Assembly: GCA_028534125.1 (NCBI GenBank)
Contig: CM052816.1
Coordinates: 4,156,001-4,220,000 of the forward strand
DNA length: 64,000 nt
Direction of reading: 5' to 3'
Source: Lama glama
Lineage: Eukaryota
The notes under the pieces were generated by a model, which saw nothing but the letters and a program-made list of their open reading frames with translations, made no database searches and was not told the DNA's origin. This document shows positions 12,731-25,779 of this stretch, in pieces. Made by a program: the position numbers and the translations under genes. How positions within the stretch are numbered: position 1 is the first letter of the stretch; each line of letters opens with the position of its first letter.

Positions 12731-13812
12731 AGTATATTAATAAATGAAAGTTCAAATTCTAAGAACATGGTCTTTTTTGGAAGTTAGCTATTTCTGACAA
12801 GTCCTTACCCAAGAGTCACCTAACTCTCCGTGAATGCCACTCAAGCCTCCTTTCTCTTATAGCATCAGTGCCCTTAGATTGGCCGCACTCTGTTCTTAAC
12901 AGGCCCTTATGAGCACTTGGGAAGGCACCTTAATGAGAAAGCTGATTTCCAGTCCCTCTACTGACAATTCTGTAAGGGTTTTGCATTCGAGAAACACAGT
13001 TCATACGTCCTAAGATCTACCCCACCGCTGCTGTCCTGGCTAGTGTAGGGCCTTGCAAGTGGTAAGTGCTCAAAAAAGGGGTTGTTACTTTGATTTGATG
13101 CCAAATCACACTCCTTAAGGGTCAACTTTAATGTCTTCAATGATCACTGTGCAAATCATTGCACAACAATCACTGTGTGTCTCTTCAGACATTGAAGTGT
13201 CTGAAGAGACAACTATCGAAGGAGGTCTCAGCAGGAAAGAGCATGAAGCTATTTGCATGAATCTAGGCTCTCAGGGATAGGTCTGCTCCTTCAGAGAGAA
13301 ACAGTCAGGGCCTTGAGCCCCAGACTCTTCTTTGCGCTTCTACCTATGGTCAGTTTTCAACCTTCGACCCAGCTTTGCATGCTCTTCTCAGTTTGCATCC
13401 CTCCTGCTCCTCAAAATGGTGCACTGGCATCACAAGTTGTGCCAGGGCACACGCTCCATGCATTAATCCTGGCGAGCTTGATGTTGTGTGCATCACAGGC
13501 CACCAGGAATCCTCTTGTACTTCAGAGCTCTTGTTTGTTCTCACTCACCATTTTCCATGCGCTCCCGAGACCCCTGGTTCCATGCATGTTAATTACATAG
13601 GCTGGGGGAGTGTGGGCATAGTGAAACAAGTTTGGCAAATAATAAATCCATTTAAGATGCTAACATCCGCTGAAAATGTTCAGGAACAGAAGACCTTTCA
13701 TAATATTTCCAACACTGACCTGATAATTGGTGTTTTAAGTGAGTGTACCATCTCCAGGATGGATAAATGAAAAGGTAAATGAGTTCAAATCTTTGGTCAT
13801 AAGACATAGGGA

Positions 13813-13925
13813 ATGAATGAAAGGATGGATGGATGGATGGATGAAAAAGAGAGAAGGAAAGAAAGGCTAGATGGGTGGAAGGAAGGAAGGAAGGAAAGTT
13901 AAGGAAGGTAGATCAATGGAATGAT
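13813..13925. repeat. (GGAT)n/(GGAA)n simple repeats
   Basis: ggatggatggatggatggatg and ggaaggaaggaaggaagg. Confidence 0.9.
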
Positions 13926-14518
13926 TGGAAAAAATTACCTATACTTTTTTCTCTGAAATAATTATCTTCCCTGAGGCGCTATCTCACTCTACTCTTGACT
14001 GCATCAAGAGGAAAAGAAGAGCATCAGAAATTTGAAAACACAAGGAAAAAATTGTGAAGCATCCAAATTTAGGAAACTCCCTTTTAGAGAAAGACCATTA
14101 CCTTGGGCAAACACCCAGGAGGAGGCATTCCTGTGAACAAGGAAAAGCATTCATAAGTAAGTGAGGGGTAACTCCAAAGGGACTGCCATCTATAGAAGCC
14201 AGCAGCTGTCGGCCACGAAACACACTTCTGTTCTCTGTCCATTTTGTGAACCTGATTCAATCAGCACTCCTGCTCGGCAAGGAACCAGCGTGTTAATGTG
14301 AACTGCTACCATTCAAAAGTAATGGAGTGAGAATGCCATTATTTTCAATTGTTTGAGGCCGTGAAGTCCCCAACTTCATTAGCGCCATTTCTAGGAAAGC
14401 TATCCACCAAATCTGATGGCATCTGCAGATGTGGAAGAACCCCTCCACAAATGTCATTCTATCACAAATGCCATTGTCCTCATTAAGACACATCAGATAC
14501 AAATTTACAGGCACTCGG

Positions 14519-14973
14519 CTGATGGTAGGCAGGGAAATGGTTCTCCAAATGTGCCCATGTCCTGATCCCTAGCATATGTCAATAGGATGAGATTATCCTC
14601 TAAGCTACTGAAGATTCTGAAAAGCAGAAGAATGGGAAGAATAGGAAGTCAGAGAGATGAGGCAGAAGGGGAAGGCAAAAGACTACCAGCACAAAGGGAA
14701 CCCGTGACCAAGAGCGAGGAATGCCAACAGCCAGGAACCAGGCAGAAGTCCACCAATAACCTGAGTAAGCCTCAGAGCAGACTGTCCCCCAGATAACAGC
14801 CCAAGCCCAGCAATGCCTTCACTTTGACCTTGCGAGACCCTAAGCAGAGAATCTCACTGAGTCACTCGTGCCTAGACTTCTGACCCATGGAAATGGCAAG
14901 ATAATAAGTAGATGTTGTTTTAAATCATCACATTGTTGGTAATTCGTTACTGCAGCAATAGGAAACTAACACA
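14519..14973 (+). mobile_element. MLT1 (D/E-like) LTR
   Basis: 5' tgatggtaggcag and 3' gttactgcagcaataggaaactaacaca termini. Confidence 0.8.
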
Positions 14974-17900
14974 GGAGTTATCTGAGTAACCCAGGGGCAC
15001 TGAAGCTCCAACACTGGCTTAAGTTTTACTTTGATTCATTCATCCAAACATCTGTTTTTGGAGCGCCTCACCTACTGCGGAGGTAACCTTTACATGAAAG
15101 AAGCTCACAGGGACGAACAAAAACAGGCATCTCCTCCACTACTTTCAGTCCAGGTGGGGACAGAAATATTAAACAAATGATATTTCCATAAATACATATG
15201 CAACAGTAGGCTGGGATCGGTTACATGGAGGGGAGGTGCTTGGTGTTAAGATTCCACGTCCAAGGATGGTGAAGACGTCCCTGTTGATGATTAAGCTGAG
15301 ATCAGAAGCGTTCGTAGGAAGGATATGAAGGTGCAGTGGTTTGGGGGTAAATGAAGACCCTGAAGCAAGAGGGAACAGAAGGACTGTGAGGAAGAGAAAA
15401 TGCTGGGATAGCAAGCAGCGTTATGCAACGGTGAAATCAGGGAGGTGTGGTGAGCCATTCCAAGGATTTCCCATAAAGAAAATACAAACATGCACCATGC
15501 TTCCAAAGGAAAGGGATCATTTACCGATTAATGCAAAGGGATTCTTTCTTCAATAATGATTACAGAAACTGTTACATACATGAAATGATACTCAGGCTGT
15601 CCCTGTGAGCTGTAGCCCTTTAAAATTTAATCCATGGCTTAGGAAATGAAGTACAGAGCCTGCTCTTCAAACGTCAGATCACCCACAGGTTTAAAGAAAG
15701 CCCTAAATGGGGCATTGTAAGACTGAGTGATGCATAGAAAGTGATTAGTTCTCTCTGAGACTCAGTTTACTTGTCTGCAAAATGGACATGATGTTTTCAC
15801 GGAAATTGGACACATAGTAAAAACCTACTGAGTAAAGAAGTGAATGGATTCCTGTCCTGCTTCACACAGGATCAAATGAAAACCAAGTGAATGTGCATGA
15901 AGAGAACCAAGAATGTGCTTTGGAAAGGGGAATATATTTTACAAATACAATAATAATTATTACAAAGCAACAATGCCTTCATACGAGAAGAAACGGCTTA
16001 ATGTTTGTAAAGACAGAAATAAGAGTCACGCTAATGATGCTGACAAACTGGAATGGGTCGATGAAGAAGGTCAGGGAATTTTCACCCACTTATGCCTGGG
16101 ACAGCAATCACTTGCCATGGACAGACTTGGAGGTACCAGTGGAGGGACAAGGAGTCACTCTAGATTCTAGATAAAGCCTCTTCAGCCCTAGGTTTCTATG
16201 TAAACTTGTTCTAAGTAGAACAACACAAGAGCCCCATGAACCCTGGGGGTTATTAATGCAACACATGGTTATCACTAGAGTTGAAATTTGCCAAAAAATG
16301 CAAAGAGCACAAAAATTTGACATTCTTTTAAAAATACTCTTTGTGTGTTTGCCCGAACCTGTCCTTGGAAACCCGAGAAAATTTCTATGGGGCTCTCTCT
16401 CTCTTTGAGACCTTCATCCTGGCCAAGAATTTCAGCCTAGATAGTTTCTCATCACAGAATATAGCAGTGTTAAACGCACAAGCTGTGGAGTCCATCAGAG
16501 AGCCTTGTTGGAGTCACAGCTCTGCCAGCTCGTAGGAAAGTTACCTGACTGCCAAGACTCAGTTTTCTCATCAGTAAAACGGGAGCAGTAAGAGGACCTA
16601 ACATGCATGGCGGTGCTGTGCAGCGGCTAGCACAGAAAAATACTTGGCAAATACTGTTACCATCATTGCTATTAACGAACTTGAAAGTGTGAATTAAGAC
16701 AGAAAAAAATGTTGGAAAAACACAGGCTGAATCTCACTAACTGTTGAGCAGCCTGTTTCTTTTCTCCCCTCTACTAAAAAAGAAAAAACAAACAAACAAA
16801 TGGAAACCTGACTACAAAAGATTTCCTGGCTGAGCTATTTGTCTTCACTGGGGGCTGTCTGTCTGAGGCAGAAATGCAAACCGCAAAAATTCACAGTCGT
16901 GTCAAGTTGAGAAACCAGCACATCCTTATTTCACAGCCCAATTTCAACTGCTGGCATTTGCAATACTTTGGAGATAGGAGTCATCATAATTTCAAAAAAG
17001 CCTTACCCCCAGAAAGCAGTCGGGCCAAGTCATTCATCTGCAGTATCATAGCTGAGGGCTCAAAGCAAGCCCAGAGTTCAGGCATGTGGTAATTAGGTCT
17101 CTAAATTTACTCTACTGGCTGGGGAACCTGTCAAAGAAATTCTTATCATGGGCAGAGTTAATTACACGTAAAATGACAGAGCAGACACGCTGAGAGACAA
17201 ACGGTAACCTGGAGAGAGAGACGGTCAGAGGAAGGGCAGTGAGAGGCCGTGTTCAGATCTGGTCCCTGTGAATACTAAACCCTACTCGCCCCACAAGTTC
17301 AAATGGGTCTACTGGGAATGGAAAAGAGTGTTTTTGGTGTCCAAATAGATTTATGTCAGGTTCATTCACAGAAAGCTGAAACATACTACAAAACCGGTCA
17401 CTGAGAACTTTCTAGGGTTTGATTTACTTCCTCACTAATGCATGAAGTTCACTGTATCCTTCTTTCATTTCATTCATTTGTTCACACAATACGTCCTGAG
17501 AATGGGCACGCAACAGACACAAAGCTTGACATGGAAGGACAGACTCTCCCCACCCCATGCCACTGAACGTCGGAAGGGAAACAAATCAAACAGCAAAACA
17601 CACAAAACAAGTCGATGTTTATACACTGTGATGGGTTCCTCAGAGGAAAAGGACAGGGTGCTGTGAGCAGCAGGTTAGGGGCAAATGCAGAATTTGAAGT
17701 GGGAAAGAAAGTGGAAGCGGGTGAAATGCACATTTCAGACTAACAGCAAAATAGACATTCAGTGGATTAAGGAGTGGAGAAGCATTCCAGGAGAGCTGAA
17801 GATTTCAGGATCCTGTTTCCTCTAGGTCTCTCCTTTCTGTCCTTCCTTCCCTTCCATCCACCCATCTAGCTGGACCCCAAAGTGTGGGTTTAGAATAGCC

Positions 17901-18689
17901 CATGTACTGTTTTAAACACAGGGAGGTTGTAAAAGCAGTGAAACCTTTTCCTTGCCTTTGCAATGTTTTCTTAATCTGTTTCAGGGCATCAAAGTGTATG
18001 TGTATGTGGAACAAATGGTAAACACTGCTGAAGAGTTCATGAGAGAGAGTCAAACCAAGCAGCCAGTCTGTCTCAGGCCACGCGGCCCCTCCCTGGCTCT
18101 CGCCAACTGTCTAACTCACACTCAACCCTCTCCCCACTGGGCTCGGGCTTCTCCCGGCTGGATTCCCCTCCTCCATCCTCTGGACCCCAATGGAGAACAC
18201 CTCCGCCTGCTGTCACACCTCTCCTATGAGCCAGACGGGACTCCTCCAGAGGTAGATGAGGATCCAGGCTGAGCCTGAATTTGCTGTGTCCCTTTCGGTT
18301 TTGTGAGCTGGATTCCCGTATGGTGCCATCCTTATCCACTGGGTCCCTGCCACTGACTATTCTTCCTCAACTGAGAAGCCATCTGTATCCCAGGATGCCC
18401 AGCACGTGCTCCTGATACCTTCTGAGGCAATGATTTTGTTTGTTTGTGTGTTTGGGGGCAAATTATTTTTGTATCCTCTCACCAAATACACAGACTTTCA
18501 TTTCAAATGTAAGTTCGGTATTTTTTAATATAAAAAAAGGAATTACGAAAAGAGTAATCATATTTGCAGTCCATGCACTAAGTGGTCTTCCAGAAATGTC
18601 TCTGCAGCTGATACGAGATCTTCAGTAGTTCGTATCAGCCAGAATCACCAGAAGTCCACATCATGGTCAGGTAACTCTCATCTGAGCCA

Positions 18690-19070
18690 GCCCCACGAGG
18701 TGCCCCAAGCACAAGCTCAGAGCATATCAGGATGGGCACTCCCCAGAGCCCCATATGGCCCTCGGCTGTAAACCCTCTCTGAGAACTGCCCTTGTGAGCT
18801 TGGCTACATCCAATGACTGGTCCAGGGAGGGGCATCAGAGCCCAACTTCCTCACCTCAGGTCCAGGCAACTGCAGAGAAACACCCCAGCTTCAGAACTCC
18901 CCAGGAGGCTGGCAGAGGCTCCTCTAAAACTGCATCGTAGCCTGACTTCTCCATCCGCTCAATCTTTCACTCCTTCCCCTTTCACAAGTATTGATCCCCT
19001 CTTTAATAAAAGTAATATATTTTAATCTCTGTCCAGGGTCCACTTCCTGGGGACCTAATCTACCCTAACC
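18690..19070 (+). mobile_element. LTR16-like (ERVL) LTR
   Basis: ccagcttcagaactcccc...gcatcgtagcctgacttctcc...cttcacaagtattgatccc...aataaa...cttcctggggacctaat. Confidence 0.7.
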
Positions 19071-19739
19071 AGAGACGGGAGGAACAGTCATGCCAGTTCC
19101 CCCCAGTCAATTCATCTTACATGTGAGGCACTGACGGAGCACTGCTGTGTGCCAGGTACTGTGTTCCCTTAAGGAGCTTACAGCTCTGTTACAGAACGCA
19201 GAGCCTTTCTGCACAGGTGTATGCCCGTTAGCCACTTGTCTACAAAGCCTAATGCATTAGTTGTTATTCCAAAGAGTTTGATCCTTAATATCCAAGGTAG
19301 CTGCAATGATCCAATGTGGACCATCTGTTGTTGTGTCAATCTGTTCAGCCAAGAGAGTTAAAAAATCCTAGGAGAGTCTGGAATCACAAGTTCCCTGCAT
19401 TCAAAAATAATGTGGCAGTATTTTCAGCCCAGCTGTGAAGCCCTGCATGACTAAGGAAATACAAGTCCCCTCGGAAACACGCTGTGCTACGTGATAATGA
19501 AATCAGGACGAGGCCAGCCTTATGATCTAATTGGTCATCTGAGAGGCCAGTTTTTTAACTGGGTCTTTAAATAGAGATTTCCCTGCAGTAAACACTCTTT
19601 TAAGGGCAGCTTTGTAGCTCCATCACTTCCCACCTTAACTCTTTGTTATGTTAACTCCAACCTTCCCCCTGCCCCACATTCTCTCCAAAGAAATAGGTCT
19701 GCTCCTGAAGATTAATTTTGTAAAAATAACATAAAATGC

Positions 19740-20225
19740 TGAGACAGGAGGAAAGGGGGCAGGGCACAACCATTCAAAGAATGACACAGCCATTGAGGAC
19801 AGGACGTAAACTGGTTAGAACCAAGATGGTGGAAGGTTCGGCTCCCAGTAGACTTTGAGCCTCATGTACCACCTTAGCATGCTAAATGACACAGCCACAG
19901 GCACCATGACAGTTCCTAGGCTGACCATGAAAAGCCAAAAATGGGCAGTGGCCCAGTTCCCAGAAATCCCTACCCGTTCTCCGAAGTGGTTGGAATAACC
20001 TTCCTACTTGTCAGCACATGAAACTACCTGGTCATAAAAACTAACCACCCCTACACCTCACTTTCCTAGATGAGGAAAGTGCTCTGCGGCTGCCTCTCGC
20101 CCTTTGAGGTGGCCCGCACTCTGTCTGCGGGGTGTGTATCTCCCTGAATAAATCTACTTTCGCTTTACTATGGCTCACTCTTGAATTCTTTCCTGCATGA
20201 GATAAGAACCTCTTCTTGGGTAACA
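19740..20225 (+). mobile_element. MER41-like (ERV1) solo LTR
   Basis: TG...CA termini (tgagacagga / ggtaaca). MER41 hallmark motifs aaccaagatgg, ttagcatgctaaatgacac, ccatgacagtt, aataaatctactttcgctttact, gaattctttcctgc. 4-bp flanks atgc/acac. Confidence 0.85.
19957..19985. promoter_or_regulatory. Tandem STAT/GAS motifs within the MER41-like LTR
   Basis: TTCCCAGAA (19957-19965) and TTCTCCGAA (19977-19985), both matching TTCNNNGAA. Function not shown. Confidence 0.5.
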
Positions 20226-20555
20226 ACACTTATATTTTTAGGGTTGAGGACTAACAGTGCATATTGTTTTGGAGCTTCCTTAGGAAGGCAACAGCATAAA
20301 CAGTCTGGGTTGATATTTATACCTGGTGAGGGCTGAGTCTACACAAGGGAAGCAAAATCAGCATGAATTTTTGTCATGTATGGATTAAAAACAGGAGCCA
20401 CTGTGGACTTCAGATTATTTAGCACATTTCATTGATATACTAACTCAGCATCATCCTTCTTGCTTAAAGGGAATCCAGTGGTTCAGCTGACAAGAGGACC
20501 AGATTTGGAAGGCCATGCCAAAGGCAGACAAAGCCCCTTGAGAGACCTCCTATAC

Positions 20556-20852
20556 CTTGTGCGGCATCAGGGACCCCCGTCCATCTTCCACACTCCTGGG
20601 AACCAGGCAAGTTCCAACACCCATCTACTCCATCTACATGAACAGGGCATCATCCCGCTGAGGCTTCCAGTAGCTGACCTTGCAGGCTGTGTCCAGCAGG
20701 GCACTGCAAACCTACTTTTAGCACACTGTGCACTCACTGATGCTGGCTGACCAGGGGGAGCAGCACCTGTCTGTGTCCTGGACATTGTTGGACACCCCAC
20801 GAATTATAATCTGTGGGAACACCCTTCCTGGACATCCAGGCAGCCCCTGACA
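20556..20852 (-). other. NRXN3: Candidate spliced non-coding (5'UTR or poison) exon of a large minus-strand host gene, tentatively NRXN3
   Basis: Minus strand: pyrimidine-rich acceptor cctcttcctccacag|TGTCAGG at 20852 and donor CACAAG|gtatag at 20556. Unique, relatively GC-rich sequence, 297 nt, with stops in all three frames. The gene name rests only on my recollection that a human NRXN3 transcript has a 5' exon ending ...GATGCCGCACAAG spliced to the AREENVATF exon; not verified by any search. Confidence 0.42.
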
Positions 20853-21829
20853 CTGTGGAGGAAGAGGATGTGTGGATGAGAAAGTCACCTTGTATTCATC
20901 CTTACTTGGGATACAGGATACAACAAAACCAGCCCCAGACCTCCGAGCTGCATTACAATTCTGTCGTGGCTGCTTTTTACCCTGATGACTAATATTTGAT
21001 GCTGGGCCAGTACCCATAACTTGCTTGAGTCTCAATTTCCTCTACTATACGTGAGCCCAAAATCACTCAGCCCTAAAATGTTATGATTTCTCTCTCTCTC
21101 TCGACTTTTCCGCAGATTAACTGTTCTTCATAAATATGTAGTAACTGCTTGAGAAATATTCGGATGTCATCAGTTTTAAGTAACGAAAGATTGAGATGTA
21201 AGAAATAAAATAAAAATGAAAAGTTGGGCTACTTTAACAGACAGCATGAATTGACTGCCAGAGAGAACTTGCTTATAAAATGCTAAATTAATGGCAGTTT
21301 TACTCCGTTTTTATTCACCTCCCTCACTTTCATCTGCGATGATTTTTAAATAGTGCCGGCACCCGGAGCCAGAGTGGACTGACATTAAAACAGATCACCC
21401 AGACTTTTGGAGACAACAGAGAAACGGACATTAGAAATGATACAAAATAAGTGACCTTTAGGTAATGGCAGTTTCAGGCATTATCCCTATTTTACAGATA
21501 AGGAAACCAAGGCTTTGAAAAGTTCAACAATTTGTCTCACATAACTAGTAAGTGGAGAAGCCAGAATTCTAGGCCAGATCTGCAAGATTTCAAACTCCAC
21601 GCTTATAATCAGAGAATACCCGGGTACAGATGCTACACATTTTATTACAAGTGTCATTTACACTCATATTTCCTCAGTAACTTGCAGATTTAGCTGAATG
21701 GCCAAATACCACAGTGTTTCTTTTCTCTCTCACCGGATCATTTTTATTCGGGTCCCCTTCCTTTGGAAAACCCATCGCCACTGACAAGTTTGGGTTCAGT
21801 CTACAATTCCATTCATTAGGGAGGACACT

Positions 21830-22329
21830 NNNNNNNNNNNNNNNNNNNNNNNNNNNNNNNNNNNNNNNNNNNNNNNNNNNNNNNNNNNNNNNNNNNNNNN
21901 NNNNNNNNNNNNNNNNNNNNNNNNNNNNNNNNNNNNNNNNNNNNNNNNNNNNNNNNNNNNNNNNNNNNNNNNNNNNNNNNNNNNNNNNNNNNNNNNNNNN
22001 NNNNNNNNNNNNNNNNNNNNNNNNNNNNNNNNNNNNNNNNNNNNNNNNNNNNNNNNNNNNNNNNNNNNNNNNNNNNNNNNNNNNNNNNNNNNNNNNNNNN
22101 NNNNNNNNNNNNNNNNNNNNNNNNNNNNNNNNNNNNNNNNNNNNNNNNNNNNNNNNNNNNNNNNNNNNNNNNNNNNNNNNNNNNNNNNNNNNNNNNNNNN
22201 NNNNNNNNNNNNNNNNNNNNNNNNNNNNNNNNNNNNNNNNNNNNNNNNNNNNNNNNNNNNNNNNNNNNNNNNNNNNNNNNNNNNNNNNNNNNNNNNNNNN
22301 NNNNNNNNNNNNNNNNNNNNNNNNNNNNN
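21830..22329. other. Assembly gap (500 N)
   Basis: Run of N. Confidence 1.
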
Positions 22330-22859
22330 TCAATACAGGTAAAAATAATTATAAACCAAAGGACACTCCATATGTATGAAGAATTCTGTAACTTTGGACA
22401 TCTCCTAGGCAATACTCTATCAGTACTTCTTCAGAAGATACATTAGTCACTCCAGTATTTTCCCTGTCACCAGTATCTAAATTGCTTCTGCAAGCATGTT
22501 TGTGATTTCTGGATTTGCACCCTCATGCATCAGTCATAGGCAAACACTTATAAAAGAACAGGTTGATCACAGGAGATGATGGGCGAGAAAAATTCCCATG
22601 TCTGGGAATTACACTTAGAAGAGAGTGATATTATCAATAACAGTCATACAGAAATCAAATCCTTGTTGTAACCTCCTGTGAAAGCAGGCGGTGCTGCTTT
22701 TATTTTACTAGGAGCTGCCCCTGACATGAGTCACCTCCTTCAGATCCTGTAAGAGAGTTTGGCTATCCCAAACGAACCCAATAATGACAAATCAGAAGAA
22801 GAGAACTTTGCTTCCAGGTGGACCCGGCTTACCGCATGTGCTGTTGGGCAGGTAACTCA

Positions 22860-23320
22860 TGGCAAAGCAAACAGCAACCCAACGCTCATGTCCCTTTTCT
22901 TCCTGACTTTCTTCCTGTACAGAAAAGACAAATCTAAAATAACCACTTCCTCAGTCTTCCTTGCAGAAAGGGGCAGCCAGGAGACAGGATCTTCCCAACA
23001 AGACTACAGAGGCCATCTGGCGAGTCTACTTTCTTTACTGATAAAAGAGAGACACGGGAGGGAACATGTGCCTCTCCTCCTTCCTTGCTCCTGCCTGAAA
23101 TGCAGACACATCGCCTGTGGAAGCCATGCTAAGTCTAAGAGGAGGAGGTTGAGAGTATCACAGAGATGAGAACCTCACTGTCACAGAGCTGCTTAATCAA
23201 AGTCAAGAGCTGCCTCCTTCCCCAGAGTTCTTTTCATTTAGAAAAATTAATTTCTGTTGGCTTAGGTCATTGTTTGATGGGTGTTCTGTTATGTGCTACT
23301 GAAAAACAGATCTAATGCAT
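22860..23320 (+). mobile_element. Old MLT1-like LTR
   Basis: cttcctcagtcttccttgcag...tgttctgttatgtgctactgaa. Confidence 0.5.
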
Positions 23321-25097
23321 ACTTAACCTCTCTAAGTCAGTTTACTAACCTGTAAACTGGGGAGGGTAATGATTGCCTTGCAGTGATATACACACACATA
23401 CATAACATCTATGCATACATATATGGCAAAATCTGTGCTACAATCACATCATTCAAATCATGGCTCGAGTGGACCTCAGAAAGGGCACCTGACAGCTCTA
23501 TGTAATTAGCCTCTCTCATCGTTACCTGCTTTATTTTCTTCATACTGATTTGTAGTTAGAAGGAATGATATCAGTTGTTTGTTTATCTATTTGTTGTCTA
23601 TCCGGAACTCTATAAATAAATTCTCCATGAAGGCAGAAAGTTTATTGAGTTTCCTGCTGTACCTCCAGCACTTAGATTAATGTTTAGCACATAAACCACA
23701 TTCAATAAATATTTATCAGCTAATGAATGAACAAATTAGTGTATGTAAAATGTTTAGCATATAAATGCCCTAATAAATGATAGTGGCTTAGCTGTTGTTA
23801 TAACAGTTAAATAGAGTGTAATGGTTATCGCACAAGTACCGCCCACTGGGAGAGACAGAGCCTGAGGGCAAGTGGTCATCATGTTTACCCTAGGGGTCTA
23901 GCACATACGTGCATATAAAGACATGCACACAGATGTTCACAGCAACAGTTTTTGTAAAAGCAAAATAATGCAATGTGAATGTCCATCAATATGTTAAAAT
24001 AAGTTGTGTTACATCCATGTCATGGAATAGTGTGGTCATCCTAATGGAGGATGAGTGAGTGGATGGATGGGAGGGGTTGAGGGCTAGGAGAGTGAACGGG
24101 AAGGCTCTTTTCCTAGATCAACTATTGTCTTAGGTAAAGGGGATCGCTGACACCTGGATTGTTCCAGATTGGGACTGACTCCTTGACTGTTTTGAGGCTC
24201 TCCCTTGGAAGGGTCTGAATCCTATGGTGTTGTCAACCAAATCTATATTGTGTGTGTATGTGTGTGTCCTGTTAACTAAAAGGCTTACAAAGACAATGGA
24301 CAAAACTTTCATTGTTCAAAAGGAAGAACCACTTGTCAAAATGAAAAAACTGCAAAGGATCTTTAAGATTATCCAAGCTGGCTGTCTCTTTTATGGAGCA
24401 AATAGCAGACAGTGAGATTATAAGTAAATTTGGCCAATATATATGGATATTGACTGACTGTTTAGCATAACAATACTTTCTAAATGATATACTATAGATG
24501 ACCCACTGGGCGGCAGGTACTGTGCTAGACATTTTACACATACTAGCTCCTTCCTTTCCTCCTCATCACTACCTCCAAGAGGCAGGTTATGGCCAACCCT
24601 GTTGTCAGGAAACTTAGAAACAGTGAGCTACCACGGATCCCCAAGCCTCCTGTGTTAGAGGCTCAGGGTTCAAACCCAGGCTGATCCAGCTTCAGGTATC
24701 ATCCCAGACATCATTCATACTGTCCTCATACCACATGTCTTCTGCCTAGTATGGTACAACCATCCCAACTCAATGTTCCTCAGCCATCCCTGCACACATT
24801 CATTTTCAACTTTATGGGAAATGATCCAAAAGTTGATTACCATGAATTCTTCTATTTACTTTAAAAAAAATTTCCCAGTTCTCTCCATCATGAAGTATGC
24901 ATGTTCAGACTGACAGAGTTTCTTACAGGCAAATAAACACAAATCACCATTTTATTTTAATTTAACTTAATACCTTTGCCCAGTGTAACTCCATGGGCCA
25001 AAATTCACATGCTCTTGCAAATTGGTATCAGTTAGCACTGTCTCCATAAACCATCTTTAATCCAGGTTCCAACTATGTACTGTTGCAATAAAAACTA

Positions 25098-25746
25098 GAT
25101 GTCTATCCTAGGGGTCCAGCATGCACATGCATAAAAAGACATACACACAGATGTTCGCAGCTACACCATTTTGATAAAAGTAAAATAACGCAATTGAACT
25201 GTCCATCAATATGTTAAATAGGTACATCGATATCATGGGATAATAATCACTTAAAAAGAAGAGATAAAGAAAAATGCCGAATGATACTGCTTATATGTGG
25301 AATCTGAAAAAAAGGACACAAATGAACTTATCTACAAAACAGGAACAGACTCACAGATGTAGAGAACAAACTTATGGTTACCAGAGGGTAAAGGAGGTGG
25401 GAAGGGATAAATTGGGAATTCGAAAATTGCAACTCTTGGTGACTGATGGAAATGTTAGCTATCTTGATTGTGGTCGTGGTTTTATGAGTGTATACATCTG
25501 TCAAAGTTCATCAAATTGCACATCTGAAATATGTGTAGTTTGCTGTACAGGAATCATACCACAATAAAGGTGTTTAAAAAAAAAGTCCTAGATCTATATG
25601 CATTGATGTGGACAATCTACAAAATATAGTGTTAAGAGAAAAAACACAGAAATAATAATAAAATATGATCCCATTTAATTAAAACCATCACAAAGAAATA
25701 TATATTTATCTGTGTGTGTATATATGTGTATATATGTATATATATG

Positions 25747-25779
<33 letters not shown>

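Noticed and set aside
21674..22412. Apparent 198-221 aa ORFs
   Set aside because: Artefacts of the 500-N gap.
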